Source: Gemmatimonadota bacterium (GTDB taxonomy: Bacteria; Gemmatimonadota; Gemmatimonadetes; Gemmatimonadales; GWC2-71-9). From it: a stretch of 64,000 nucleotides of DNA. Shown piece by piece: positions 9,020-18,325 of this stretch (position 1 is its first letter; every line of letters begins with the position of its first letter). Where the stretch lies: positions 60,866-124,865 of the forward strand of contig JAZDCZ010000365.1 in the NCBI GenBank assembly GCA_036679605.1. The letters are read 5' to 3'. The notes under the pieces are model-generated. The model was not told the DNA's origin, searched no databases, and was given only the letters and a program-made list of their open reading frames with translations. The position numbers and the translations under genes are program-made.

Positions 9020-9214
9020 CGGGTTACCCATCGAGCGCTGACACGCTACCCAGCGGGATTCAGCGGCAAACTCCGATTGTTATTACGTATCGACTGTGAC
9101 GGCCCTATCTTCCAATGCCTTGAGATTATTGAGATTGTCGGGGGGAAGACTCTTGCACGATATTCCGTTAGGCGGCCTGCGGAGATCGGTAACCCGTCCG
9201 GGGAGTCGCGTAAT
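9020..9214 (+). repeat. Cassette-leader repeat, copy C (complete, with terminal inverted repeats)
   Basis: CGGGTTACC (9020-9028) and GGTAACCCG (9188-9196) are inverted; then N10-CGCGTAAT and GTTGGGC at 9217. Confidence 0.85.
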
Positions 9215-9244
9215 GGGTTGGGCGATCACCAATCGAGAATAGCG

Positions 9245-9670
9245 ATGACACATCTGTTATCAACGGAAGATAGAGATTTTCAGGCCCAGTTTGAGTCCCG
9301 CAAGTCTCCACCTGCGGAGTTCAATCATCGTGCGCACCTGAGACTGCCCTACGCTTACCTGGCCGAGCACGACACCGAAACAGCTCATCGATTGATGCGC
9401 GAAGCGCTGCAACACCTTCTCGAACATAACAGCGTCGATATTTCGAAATGCCATGAAACCATGACTCGAGCGTGGATTATGGCAGTACGGCACTTCCTGG
9501 AGGGGATTTCAAACTCCGAATCATCTGACTCATTCATTGAGCAGAATCCAACAATGCTCTATGCGAAAATCATGATGACGCACTACTCACCGGAGGTGCT
9601 CCTTTCGGACGAGGCTTGCGCAAGATTCGTTGAGCCAGATCTAGGCCCAATATCGAGATATGGTGGGTAA
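9245..9670 (+). CDS. Conserved hypothetical protein (gene cassette)
   Basis: FNHRAHLR...HETMTRAW...HYS...ARFVEPDL; bounded by GTTGGGCGA (9217) and TCGCCCAAC (9672-9680). Confidence 0.7.
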   Translation: MTHLLSTEDRDFQAQFESRKSPPAEFNHRAHLRLPYAYLAEHDTETAHRLMREALQHLLEHNSVDISKCHETMTRAWIMAVRHFLEGISNSESSDSFIEQNPTMLYAKIMMTHYSPEVLLSDEACARFVEPDLGPISRYGG

Positions 9671-9673
9671 GTC

Positions 9674-9769
9674 GCCCAACCAGCCGCTACAATGGACGCC
9701 TCAGCCGCTACGCGGTCGCGATTCGCTCCGGGCTGCGGCCTCCGCCGCCACTGAGCCTAGACGTTGGGC
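9674..9769 (+). mobile_element. Integron attC site (96 bp)
   Basis: GCCCAAC R'' box ... GTTGGGC R' box (perfectly complementary), with a GC-rich inner palindrome and CTGAG L'-like box. Confidence 0.8.
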
Positions 9770-9799
9770 TCCTCGCCCGTGAAAGGAGGGACCAAGAGA

Positions 9800-11026
9800 A
9801 TGAGAATGGGCCGTCACGTGCGGTTCTCGTTGAGTGACATCTTCTGCATGGGCGTGGGTCTTTGTGCCCTCTCTGTATGCACTTCGGCCTGTGGGAGCGA
9901 TTCGAAGATTTCGCAAACGGCTGACTGGACCGTGCGCGACAGCGCCGGAGTCACCCTGGTTTCCAACCACACGGACGGTTTGACACGCGGCTGCGTGACG
10001 TTTTCCCAAGACCCCGAAACCACCATACCCTCGAGTGGCTTTAGTCCCCCACTGTACCGTGTGCGAGGAGGAGTAGTGCTGGACGACGGCCGGATCGCCG
10101 TCTTGAATGCCGGGAACAAGGAACTCCTCTTCTTTGGAGCCGACGGCAGGTTTGAACGTGCGGTCGGTCGTTCTGGACGCGGCCCGGGAGAATTTGTCGA
10201 TCCGAGATGGCTGGGTCAGGGGAACAACGACACGTTATTCGTATGGGATGGTGGTTTGATGCGGCTCTCGACATTCGATGGGACGGGAGAGTTACTAGCG
10301 CTACATGAAGTGCGAGTCGGCGTTGAGGAGCGAAAGCCCATCGCGATCCGCGGACGGTTCGATGATGGCTCCTTCTTCTTCAGCCCCGGACCGCTGATGT
10401 TCTTTGACGGCACCGCCGGTATCTTGCGGTTTCCCGAAACGTACGGACGCTACAACGTTGAGACGCGTCAGGCGGAGCAGCTAGTCGAGGGGGCAAGCTC
10501 GGAGACGGTGGCTGGCCCGGGCGTGCCGGTGTACGAGCTGCCCTTCGGCAAGATGGACGTAGCGATCGCAAACGGCGACGCTGTGGTAATCGGCGACAAT
10601 GGCACGTCCATTTTGCGGTATTACGATCTACAAGGACAACTCCGCCGTATAGTGGAGTGGATGTCAGAACCGATTCCGATCACGGATCGCGACCAGAGGG
10701 CATACCGTCAGGATTTTGACGAATCAGTTCCGGCACGTTTTCACCTACCCGCCACTGCCCGATTTGCCAAAGAGCGACCCAGATTCTCGTCAATAACGAG
10801 CGATACGATTGGGTGGATTTGGGTACGATCATACACCGCGGGCTGGGAGTCCTCGGGCCATTGGCTGGTCTTTGATGAGGACGGCGTTTTGATATGCTCC
10901 GTCAACCCACCACCGGCTCGTCGATTCCGCCCGCTGCAGATAAGTGAGACGCACATGCTGGGCGTGCAGCGCAATGAGGACGGTGAGGAGACTCTGGTGC
11001 TTTATTCCCTTGTCCGCAACATGTGA
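9800..11026 (+). CDS. 6-bladed beta-propeller lipoprotein (cassette downstream of attC)
   Basis: GGAGG RBS, TSAC lipobox, VRDSAGV, VGRSGRGPGEF, WLVFDEDG. Confidence 0.8.
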   Translation: MRMGRHVRFSLSDIFCMGVGLCALSVCTSACGSDSKISQTADWTVRDSAGVTLVSNHTDGLTRGCVTFSQDPETTIPSSGFSPPLYRVRGGVVLDDGRIAVLNAGNKELLFFGADGRFERAVGRSGRGPGEFVDPRWLGQGNNDTLFVWDGGLMRLSTFDGTGELLALHEVRVGVEERKPIAIRGRFDDGSFFFSPGPLMFFDGTAGILRFPETYGRYNVETRQAEQLVEGASSETVAGPGVPVYELPFGKMDVAIANGDAVVIGDNGTSILRYYDLQGQLRRIVEWMSEPIPITDRDQRAYRQDFDESVPARFHLPATARFAKERPRFSSITSDTIGWIWVRSYTAGWESSGHWLVFDEDGVLICSVNPPPARRFRPLQISETHMLGVQRNEDGEETLVLYSLVRNM

Positions 11027-11265
11027 GACCACTCCTTCCGTCCTACACCGGAATGAGGAGAGGCAGTGAGACGCCGGCAGCTATCTTGCACGAAGGCTTA
11101 GCTGCTTGTTTGGCGATATGGCAATCGGCATCCCTGACTGTTGCTGATGGTGCTCGCAGTCTAACTGGCGCATGAAGCGTGACGAGCGCGGTAGGAGCAA
11201 TTGGATTGTTCGCATGGTGACATTGATTGGAACTGAGGCCGGTATCCTTAGGACTTGAAGAGGCT

Positions 11266-12276
11266 ATGAAGGCGATTGTCCAAGAGAAATACGGATCTCC
11301 TGATGATCTAGAGCTCCGAGAAGTCGACAAGCCGGCGGTCGGCGATGATGAAGTCTTGGTGCGGGTACGCGCGGCTTCGGTCCATCCGGATGTCTGGCAC
11401 GTCGTGACCGGGCAGCCTTATGTCCTTCGCCTGATGGGGGCTGGGTTTTCCAGACCCAAGAACCCGATCCCCGGCACAGACATGGCGGGAATCGTCGAGT
11501 CAGTCGGCAAGAGTGTGACACAGTTTCGGACGGGTGACGAGGTATTCGGGGAAACCATCGCCGTCAACTACTGGGCCAACGGCGGCGCTTTTTCCGAATA
11601 TGTGTCCGTTCGACACGACCTACTGGCGCTCAAGCCTGACAACATCACGTTCGAACAAGCCGCCTCCGTTCCCGCTTCCGGATTCATCGCCCTGTTGAAT
11701 CTCCGAGGAGCGAGGCAAGCCTTCCCAGGGCAGGAGGTATTGGTCAACGGCGCTGGGGGCGGAGTCGGTGGCCTCGCATTACAGATCGCGAAGGCCTACG
11801 GCGCGCACGTGACCGCGGTGGACATTACGAGCAAGTTGAGCATGCTCCGCTCATTGGGGGCAGACCAGGTCATCGATTACACCCAGGAGGATTTTACCCG
11901 TCGTGGCGTTCGTTACGATCTCATCTTCGATGTTCCGGGGGACCGCCCGTTCTCAGCTTGCAGGCGCGCACTCAAACCTGAGGGGAGATACGTGCCAATT
12001 GGACATGGTAGATTTGGCGCGTCAGGCAGGCGTGTTTTCGGACTCTTACCCCATTTTTTCAAACTGATGTTCCTCGCACGCTTCGTGAAGCAACTGCGAG
12101 GTCCGGGCTTACCGATGCCCACCAGGAAAGACGCAATGGCCGTGCTCAGGGAATTCCTCGAAGCTGGAAAGATCACACCGATCATTGACAGTACCTATCC
12201 GCTGAGTGAGGTCCGCGAGGCTTTCCGGCACATGATCGAGGATGAACTCCAAGGAAAAGTGATCATCATCCCATGA
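11266..12276 (+). CDS. NAD(P)-dependent MDR-family oxidoreductase (quinone-reductase-like alcohol dehydrogenase)
   Basis: MKAIVQEKYGSPD, PGTDMAG, VLVNGAGGGVG, GADQVIDY, GKVII. Confidence 0.9.
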   Translation: MKAIVQEKYGSPDDLELREVDKPAVGDDEVLVRVRAASVHPDVWHVVTGQPYVLRLMGAGFSRPKNPIPGTDMAGIVESVGKSVTQFRTGDEVFGETIAVNYWANGGAFSEYVSVRHDLLALKPDNITFEQAASVPASGFIALLNLRGARQAFPGQEVLVNGAGGGVGGLALQIAKAYGAHVTAVDITSKLSMLRSLGADQVIDYTQEDFTRRGVRYDLIFDVPGDRPFSACRRALKPEGRYVPIGHGRFGASGRRVFGLLPHFFKLMFLARFVKQLRGPGLPMPTRKDAMAVLREFLEAGKITPIIDSTYPLSEVREAFRHMIEDELQGKVIIIP

Positions 12277-12411
12277 CGATGACGGACACCGTTTTGTTTT
12301 TGGTGTGGTGATGTGGGCTCATTACGGCCAACGGTTTGGGCGACGTGGAATTCGCGCGTGAACTGATGGAGGAATTGGATGTGAACAATCACAATGTAGG
12401 AGCGGACGAAA

Positions 12412-12876
12412 ATGGCGAAACGAAAAATCAGAGTTGTTCAGCCCACCGACCAGGTCAAGGTGATGTTTGGAGCCGGTGATGATTACCGGTTTCTGGCTAC
12501 TGGAGACGATACCGATAACAGCTATTTCCTTGTTGAGGCTATTGTGCCTCCGGGAGGCGGCCCACCTCCACATATCCAGACGAGAGAGGAGGAAGCGTTT
12601 TACATACTCGAAGGGGTGGTTTCGTTTTATGGTGAAGACGGGGAAATCGAAGCTGGACCGGGAACGTACCTCAACATCCCGAAGGGAGCCAAGCATAGCT
12701 TTCGTAACAACTCGAACGAGACCGTCCGTATGCTGTTTTTCTTTGCTCCTGCCGGAATCGAAGGACTTTTCGACGCAATGGCCACGACGAAAGAATCAGC
12801 CGGTGATATTGAGTCCACGATGGCAGCTTTGAATACATTGGGGAAGAGTTATGGCGTGGAATATTTTGCAGAGTGA
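12412..12876 (+). CDS. Cupin-domain protein
   Basis: GPPPHIQTREEEAFYILEG...PKGAKHSFRN. Confidence 0.85.
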   Translation: MAKRKIRVVQPTDQVKVMFGAGDDYRFLATGDDTDNSYFLVEAIVPPGGGPPPHIQTREEEAFYILEGVVSFYGEDGEIEAGPGTYLNIPKGAKHSFRNNSNETVRMLFFFAPAGIEGLFDAMATTKESAGDIESTMAALNTLGKSYGVEYFAE

Positions 12877-12880
12877 TCTC

Positions 12881-13723
12881 CTAGCGGCCGCGCCAGACAC
12901 CTTTGGCCCGAGCTGCCACGGCACCGATTAGTCCTTCGAGCGCCTTTCGTGCCCTGCGCATGGAGTAAGCGTAGAGGGCTCGGAATCCTTTCACGCCGAG
13001 GCCCCCGCCTACCAAGGCACCCCCGACCGCGGCGACCGGTCCAATCCCAATTGCCACTCCAAGCGCAATTCCCACACCGAGGCCCGCACCTCCGGTGAGT
13101 GCCGTCGCTAACAATCCCAGAACGAGGCCGATGTTGTGCGCCGTTGCGGGGCTGTGCACCGTCATCTCACAGGAGGACGTAGACCCCTCGATAGGCCGCA
13201 GTGAGACGAACACCTGCCGAAGCCCTGCATCTCTCGCTGCGAACGCGAACCCTTGGGTGGAGAAGGGAGTACTGTGTCCTTGAATATCGAAGACCAGTAG
13301 GCCTCGATTGAGCGGATCGCCCTGCTGGTCGGTCAACGTCAGGCGAAAAGGTTCGTCGGGAAACACGGTCTCCATCGCCGAGAACACTTCTTGGGGTGTT
13401 GCTTCGATCACGCGCCGGACGGTAAGCGTATTGGGCGGATGATTCAGGAATCTCCGGGCAAGGGTATTGCTCTTCTCCACGTTGGGGAGTGTGCGCTCCG
13501 CACGCAGGTCGGCTAGGGCGGCTTCCACGAATTCGTTGGCGATGCCGGCCTCCAGTGCCGCGGAGCGAACGTGCGTGAGCGCATACCCCGGTGGGGGCAT
13601 GGCAGCGCCATGGACCTCCGGTCCCTCGACTCTCCCGGCTGCCTCTGCCTGAAGCTGAGCAGCCCGGTCCCACAGACGGGCCGCCTCTTCCTCGCTGAGA
13701 ATCTCGGGATCGCGCTCCGTCAT
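12881..13723 (-). CDS. Hypothetical membrane protein
   Basis: 280-aa ORF; LWDRAAQLQ...AALEAGI N-terminus; Gly-rich C-terminal hydrophobic helices. Confidence 0.65.
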   Translation of the reverse strand: MTERDPEILSEEEAARLWDRAAQLQAEAAGRVEGPEVHGAAMPPPGYALTHVRSAALEAGIANEFVEAALADLRAERTLPNVEKSNTLARRFLNHPPNTLTVRRVIEATPQEVFSAMETVFPDEPFRLTLTDQQGDPLNRGLLVFDIQGHSTPFSTQGFAFAARDAGLRQVFVSLRPIEGSTSSCEMTVHSPATAHNIGLVLGLLATALTGGAGLGVGIALGVAIGIGPVAAVGGALVGGGLGVKGFRALYAYSMRRARKALEGLIGAVAARAKGVWRGR

Positions 13724-13992
13724 GTGGAACCTGAACCTTTCCTGTTCGTTGCTGCGTTAGACAGAGGGGGAAGCCCCTGCGAGCATTGGCTTGATTCGAG
13801 AGAACCTAAGGGATATGCTTGCCTAGCGGAGCCGTAGGTGCCACGATGGGGTCGATCATGTCGTCAACAATCACCATTCGTTATGCATTAACGTGCGCCA
13901 TGCTTGCTTCTCCGGCATGTGGCGCAGGCCCTGAAAGTGGTCGGGACGCCGTGCCGTGCGAGACCGCGGACACCTCAAGGGGAGACAGACTC

Positions 13993-14346
13993 ATGAGCCA
14001 AGCTGAGCAAGACCGTCGTGTGGACTACATTGAGTTTCTGACCACAAACATTGAGGAGACCAAGAGGTTTTACTCGAAGGTTTTCGGTTGGGAGTTCACT
14101 GACTATGGTCCTGATTACACAAGCTTCACCGACGGTCGATTAACCGGCGGTTTTACTGTTGCGACGGAAGTAACGGCAGGCGGTCCATTAGTCGTGCTCT
14201 ATTCCACGAATCTGGAAGAGATCGAAGCTAGTATCAGAGAGAGCGGGGGGCAGATCGTCCGAGAGGTATTCGAGTTTCCGGGTGGACGACGCTTTCACTT
14301 CACCGATCCGAGTGGGAATGAGTTGGCTGTTTGGTCAGATCGATGA
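13993..14346 (+). CDS. VOC/glyoxalase family protein
   Basis: DYIEF...KRFYSKVFGW...FPGGRRFHFTDPSGNELAVWS; GGAG RBS. Confidence 0.9.
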   Translation: MSQAEQDRRVDYIEFLTTNIEETKRFYSKVFGWEFTDYGPDYTSFTDGRLTGGFTVATEVTAGGPLVVLYSTNLEEIEASIRESGGQIVREVFEFPGGRRFHFTDPSGNELAVWSDR

Positions 14347-14460
14347 TTTCTAGCCTGAACCACAGCGGTGACGGGTGGGCGCTGCCGCCGACCAGCGCGG
14401 TACGGAATCTAGTTTTTCTTAGGTCCGCTAGGTGGCCCGGTTATGTCTGGCCCATTGATA

Positions 14461-15087
14461 CTACTTGGTACCCGAGGCCACGAAGATACTGATCGCGGCG
14501 GATTCCCCGCCGCTCGACTCAACGCAACAGTCCTCTCCGACACAATCCACTACCACGTCATGGAGCCCGGCTTCGCGAAACCAACGGGCTACATCATCGC
14601 GGGCGAACCCAAGCCATCTGTCGTTATGTTCTTCCCGCAGGAATTCGAAGTCGTGTTCGTCGACGTCTGTTATCACCAGCACGCCTCCGGGACGGAGTAT
14701 GTCTGTCATAGCCGTGATCGCCGCCGGAGGGTCTTCCACGTGGTGTAGATACATGTTGGCAAACACGTAGTCTACACTCTCTTCGTCGATGCCGAGGTTC
14801 GAGTCGCCGCCCACTCTGTACTGTACGTGACCCGCGGTCGAGAACTTCTGCTTCATCTGTTCCAGCATGCGCTGCGATTGGTCCACGGCCACGACTTCTA
14901 AGCCTCGCGCCAACAGCGCCTCGGTCATGAACCCCGTGCCCGCTCCGATGTCGGCCGCAAGTTGTCCGGGTTTGACGTCGGCTACATCGAGTGCACGGTC
15001 CCGCACGGCTTCAGGGAAGAAGCTCTTGCGCATATCGTCCCAGGCATCCGCCACACCATCGAAGTATTCCTTGCTTCCTTCTGTCAT
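14461..15087 (-). CDS. Class I SAM-dependent methyltransferase
   Basis: DIGAGTGF motif I, VAVDQS, NMYLHH, LRPGG. Confidence 0.9.
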   Translation of the reverse strand: MTEGSKEYFDGVADAWDDMRKSFFPEAVRDRALDVADVKPGQLAADIGAGTGFMTEALLARGLEVVAVDQSQRMLEQMKQKFSTAGHVQYRVGGDSNLGIDEESVDYVFANMYLHHVEDPPAAITAMTDILRPGGVLVITDVDEHDFEFLREEHNDRWLGFARDDVARWFREAGLHDVVVDCVGEDCCVESSGGESAAISIFVASGTK

Positions 15088-15215
15088 CTGACCCTCTACT
15101 CTGAGGAGTAACACACCGGATTAGATAGTCGGGTGGGGTCACCGAATCCGTCAAATCCAAAGCGGAGAATAGTGCACGGTGACCAAATCGTGCAAACCTT
15201 CTAGATTCAGCGGCT

Positions 15216-16640
15216 ATGTCCTCAGCCGCCGATCGAGCATCAATGTCCGAAAAGTCGTTCCAGTTTTGGCCCGCCGTCCGAGAGGCGATCCGTGGAACGC
15301 AGCAGGACTTCACCTCCGGGCCAATCGGCCGGGCGATTCTGTTGCTGGCGGTCCCGATGGTACTGGAAACCGCGATGGAATCGGTGTTCGCCGTGGTGGA
15401 CGTGTTCTTTGTGTCGCGTCTGGGCCCCGAGGCGATCGCCACAGTAGGACTCACAGAATCGATGCTCACACTGATTTACACGGTGGCACTGGGTTTGAGC
15501 ATCGGTGTCACTGCGATGGTGGCGCGACGCATCGGAGAGAAAGACCCCGACGGTGCCGCTCGTACTGCCGTCCAAGCGATCGCCCTCGGAATTGGCGTCG
15601 CCGCGATCCTCGGCGTCGTGGGGGGGATGTTTGCACCACACCTGCTCGGCCTGATGGGGGCAGCGCCCGAGGTGATCGGACCGGGAGCCGCGTACACTCG
15701 CGTCATGCTCAGCGCCAACGCCACCGTGCTTTTGTTGTTTCTGATAAACGCAATCTTCCGCGGTGCGGGCGATGCGGCCATCGCGATGCGGATGCTGTGG
15801 CTTGCCAACGGAATAAATATCTTTCTGGATCCCGCGCTCATTTTTGGCATCGGACCTTTTCCCGAACTCGGCATCCAAGGCGCTGCTATTGCGACCAACA
15901 TCGGGCGCGGCACGGCTGTGCTCGCCCAACTCTGGGTCCTGTCGCGTGCAACCGGCCGAATCAAGATCGCCGCCCGACACCTGCGACTGTATCCGCAGGT
16001 GATGTGGGAACTCATTCGGTTGTCGGGAACAGGCATGTTCCAGGTCTTCATTGGGATGGCGAGTTGGATCGGGTTGATCCGCATCTTGGCCGGGTTCGGT
16101 AGCGAGGTTCTCGCGGGCTACACGATCGGCATTCGCGTCATCATCTTCGCGCTGTTGCCCAGTTGGGGGATGAGCAATGCCGCCGCCACCATGGTAGGTC
16201 AGGCGCTCGGCGCCAAGAAGCCAGATCGGGCCGAGCGTTCAGTGTGGATCGCAGGATTCTACAACATGATCTTCTTGGGAACGATAGGTCTGCTGTTCAT
16301 TCTATTCGCGCCACAGATCGTCTCCGTGTTCACCAGTGAACCCGAACCCGCGCGCTACGCCGTGCTGTGTCTCAGGATAGTGAGTTCGGGATTCTTGTTC
16401 TACGCCTACGGCATGGTGCTCACCCAGTCGTTCAACGGAGCAGGGGACATGTGGACTCCCACGATCATCAATCTGTTTTGCTTCTGGCTGTTCGAGCTGC
16501 CTTTCGCATACGTGATGGCCTACGTGTTCGATGTTGGACCGGTCGGGGTGTTCGTTGCCATGACCGTTGCGTTCTCATCCTTGGCTCTGGTGAGTGCGGT
16601 AGTGTTTAGGAGGGGCAAGTGGAAGAACACGGTGGTGTAA
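15216..16640 (+). CDS. MATE family efflux transporter
   Basis: About 12 hydrophobic segments; LAVPM, VD.FFVSRLG, RGAGD, NIFLDPALIFG, VGQALGA. Confidence 0.92.
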   Translation: MSSAADRASMSEKSFQFWPAVREAIRGTQQDFTSGPIGRAILLLAVPMVLETAMESVFAVVDVFFVSRLGPEAIATVGLTESMLTLIYTVALGLSIGVTAMVARRIGEKDPDGAARTAVQAIALGIGVAAILGVVGGMFAPHLLGLMGAAPEVIGPGAAYTRVMLSANATVLLLFLINAIFRGAGDAAIAMRMLWLANGINIFLDPALIFGIGPFPELGIQGAAIATNIGRGTAVLAQLWVLSRATGRIKIAARHLRLYPQVMWELIRLSGTGMFQVFIGMASWIGLIRILAGFGSEVLAGYTIGIRVIIFALLPSWGMSNAAATMVGQALGAKKPDRAERSVWIAGFYNMIFLGTIGLLFILFAPQIVSVFTSEPEPARYAVLCLRIVSSGFLFYAYGMVLTQSFNGAGDMWTPTIINLFCFWLFELPFAYVMAYVFDVGPVGVFVAMTVAFSSLALVSAVVFRRGKWKNTVV

Positions 16641-16655
16641 GGCGTGTGAAACCTG

Positions 16656-17132
16656 TCATTCGACTCGTACAAGAGTCGTGATTCGTGTCTCCGTACCATC
16701 ACCTGACACACGTTTGATTCTCAAAGTGTCGCCAGACATGGAGATGTTGTAGGTGTAGCTACTTCCATCCATAGAGTTGGGACTCTTGGCAAGAGTTGGT
16801 GTTATCGTAAGAGTCGAATCGGTTGCCTGGTAGGTGCCGGAGTGCGCATGGAACACGTCGAACGCAGCGAGTCGAGCGGAATCACTCGTCTCCGCAGTGA
16901 ATAGATCTCTCGGTCTGCTCTCGCGTATCTCCTGCACACTGAAATGCCGCTGGGCGAAAATGTATTGACCGGGCTGGGGGCTCGCTTCGCGCCGAGTAGA
17001 GCCGTTGCTTGTGAATGACCGCTCCACGACGTGCCACACACCGCGGATCGCCACGTTCTCTGGTTCGTTACTGCAACTTGAGGCCATGCCGGCACATAGC
17101 ACTGCGATAAGAATCGGCGAACGACGAGCCAT
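16656..17132 (-). CDS. Lipoprotein with lipocalin-like domain
   Basis: Lipobox ASSC, IRGVW, AHSGTY. Confidence 0.6.
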   Translation of the reverse strand: MARRSPILIAVLCAGMASSCSNEPENVAIRGVWHVVERSFTSNGSTRREASPQPGQYIFAQRHFSVQEIRESRPRDLFTAETSDSARLAAFDVFHAHSGTYQATDSTLTITPTLAKSPNSMDGSSYTYNISMSGDTLRIKRVSGDGTETRITTLVRVE

Positions 17133-17149
17133 TTTGCGATGCGGAATTG

Positions 17150-17416
17150 CTATCTTTCTGTCTTCTCTTTCTTCGGTTGTGTGAGCAAGCGTTCGTGAAA
17201 ATCGATACGCTCCTGTAGTTCGATGATCTCTTCGCGCATGCCGTGTGATTGGTCCATTAGCCGATCGATCGTATCGGCCATTCGTTCGAGTGCTTCGGGA
17301 TCCTTCTGCTGCGCTAACTTGGCCGTTAGCCGCATCTTCAATCCGATCAATATGAACGTTCCGATGCCGAGCATCGCCATCAGCGGTGCAATGGCCTCTA
17401 CGATCTCTGGGGGCAT
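17150..17416 (-). CDS. Small membrane-anchored coiled-coil protein
   Basis: One TM helix, then ELQERIDFHERLL. Confidence 0.65.
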   Translation of the reverse strand: MPPEIVEAIAPLMAMLGIGTFILIGLKMRLTAKLAQQKDPEALERMADTIDRLMDQSHGMREEIIELQERIDFHERLLTQPKKEKTER

Positions 17417-17634
17417 GTGATCCTCGGTGCCAGTTCTGGTCTGAAGTTACTACGCAGCCACAGGGATGCGAGATTCAGGCTTTTCCACGTTCCACATCTG
17501 ACGCCCTCCCGCTCTCCAGCACGCCTCGATTTCCGGCCCCGCCGTGCATAAAAAAGGTACGGTCACTGGCCTGCGACCGACGCATAGTAGGCCATGTTTC
17601 GTACTTGCGTTCTACTTACCGCCGAGGTGAAATT

Positions 17635-18183
17635 ATGGGTATGGCAGCTCCTGTCTACTACTCCGCCGAGATGGTTCTGGCGTTGCCGGACGACGGCAAG
17701 CGCTACGAGACGGTGCACGGAGAGTTGCTCGTGACGGCGACTCCGCACGCGTGGCACCAAGTTGTTTTGGGAAGAATACAATCGGCTCTCTGGAGCTTCC
17801 TGCATGACCATCACGTAGCTCATCTGTTTGCCTCCCCGGCAGACATCTCCTGGGGTCCCGACATTCTGGTGCAGCCCGATCTGTTCGTGGTGAATCTGGA
17901 ACAAGCGCGCACTCTCGATTGGTCGCGCATGCAAGATCTTTTTCTGACAGTAGAAGTCTTGAGTCCGTCCACCAGCCGCCACGACAGGTTCACCAAACGG
18001 AGACTGTATCAGGAGGTCGGTATTCCGTTGTACTGGATTGTTGATCCTGACGAGCACGCCGTAGAAGTGTGGACACCTGAGAGTACTTTCCCGACCATCG
18101 AGCGTGAACGTGTTGTGTGGCAACCCGATGGAGCAAGCGAGCGCCTGACGATCGGCCTTGAGGAGTTGTTCCGGCCGATCTAG
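17635..18183 (+). CDS. Uma2 family endonuclease
   Basis: RYETVHGEL, HQ, VQPD, VEVLSPST...D...KRRLY...YWIVDP. Confidence 0.9.
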   Translation: MGMAAPVYYSAEMVLALPDDGKRYETVHGELLVTATPHAWHQVVLGRIQSALWSFLHDHHVAHLFASPADISWGPDILVQPDLFVVNLEQARTLDWSRMQDLFLTVEVLSPSTSRHDRFTKRRLYQEVGIPLYWIVDPDEHAVEVWTPESTFPTIERERVVWQPDGASERLTIGLEELFRPI

Positions 18184-18325
18184 CAGTCCGCCGCTTCCAG
18201 CCGCCCGCCCACTCTGGTGGAATCTTCCCACGACCCTTGCGGCCGAGTCCGGTCAACGATTCGCTAAACTGATGCGTAGTCCAGATGTATCGCATCTCTT
18301 CGAATACCCAAATACAGAGAGCCCC

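Noticed and set aside
8966..9244. N-terminal extension of the 9245-9670 protein, and similar short ORFs at 2051-2532
   Set aside because: These read through the leader repeat, whose copies differ by frame-breaking indels, so the repeat is non-coding
2084..12900. Integron integrase, phage integrase or transposase gene
   Set aside because: No ORF with tyrosine-recombinase, serine-recombinase or DDE motifs was seen
14350..14450. Further attC site after the VOC gene
   Set aside because: Some attC-like GC-rich words are present, but I found no complementary R''/R' pair or convincing hairpin
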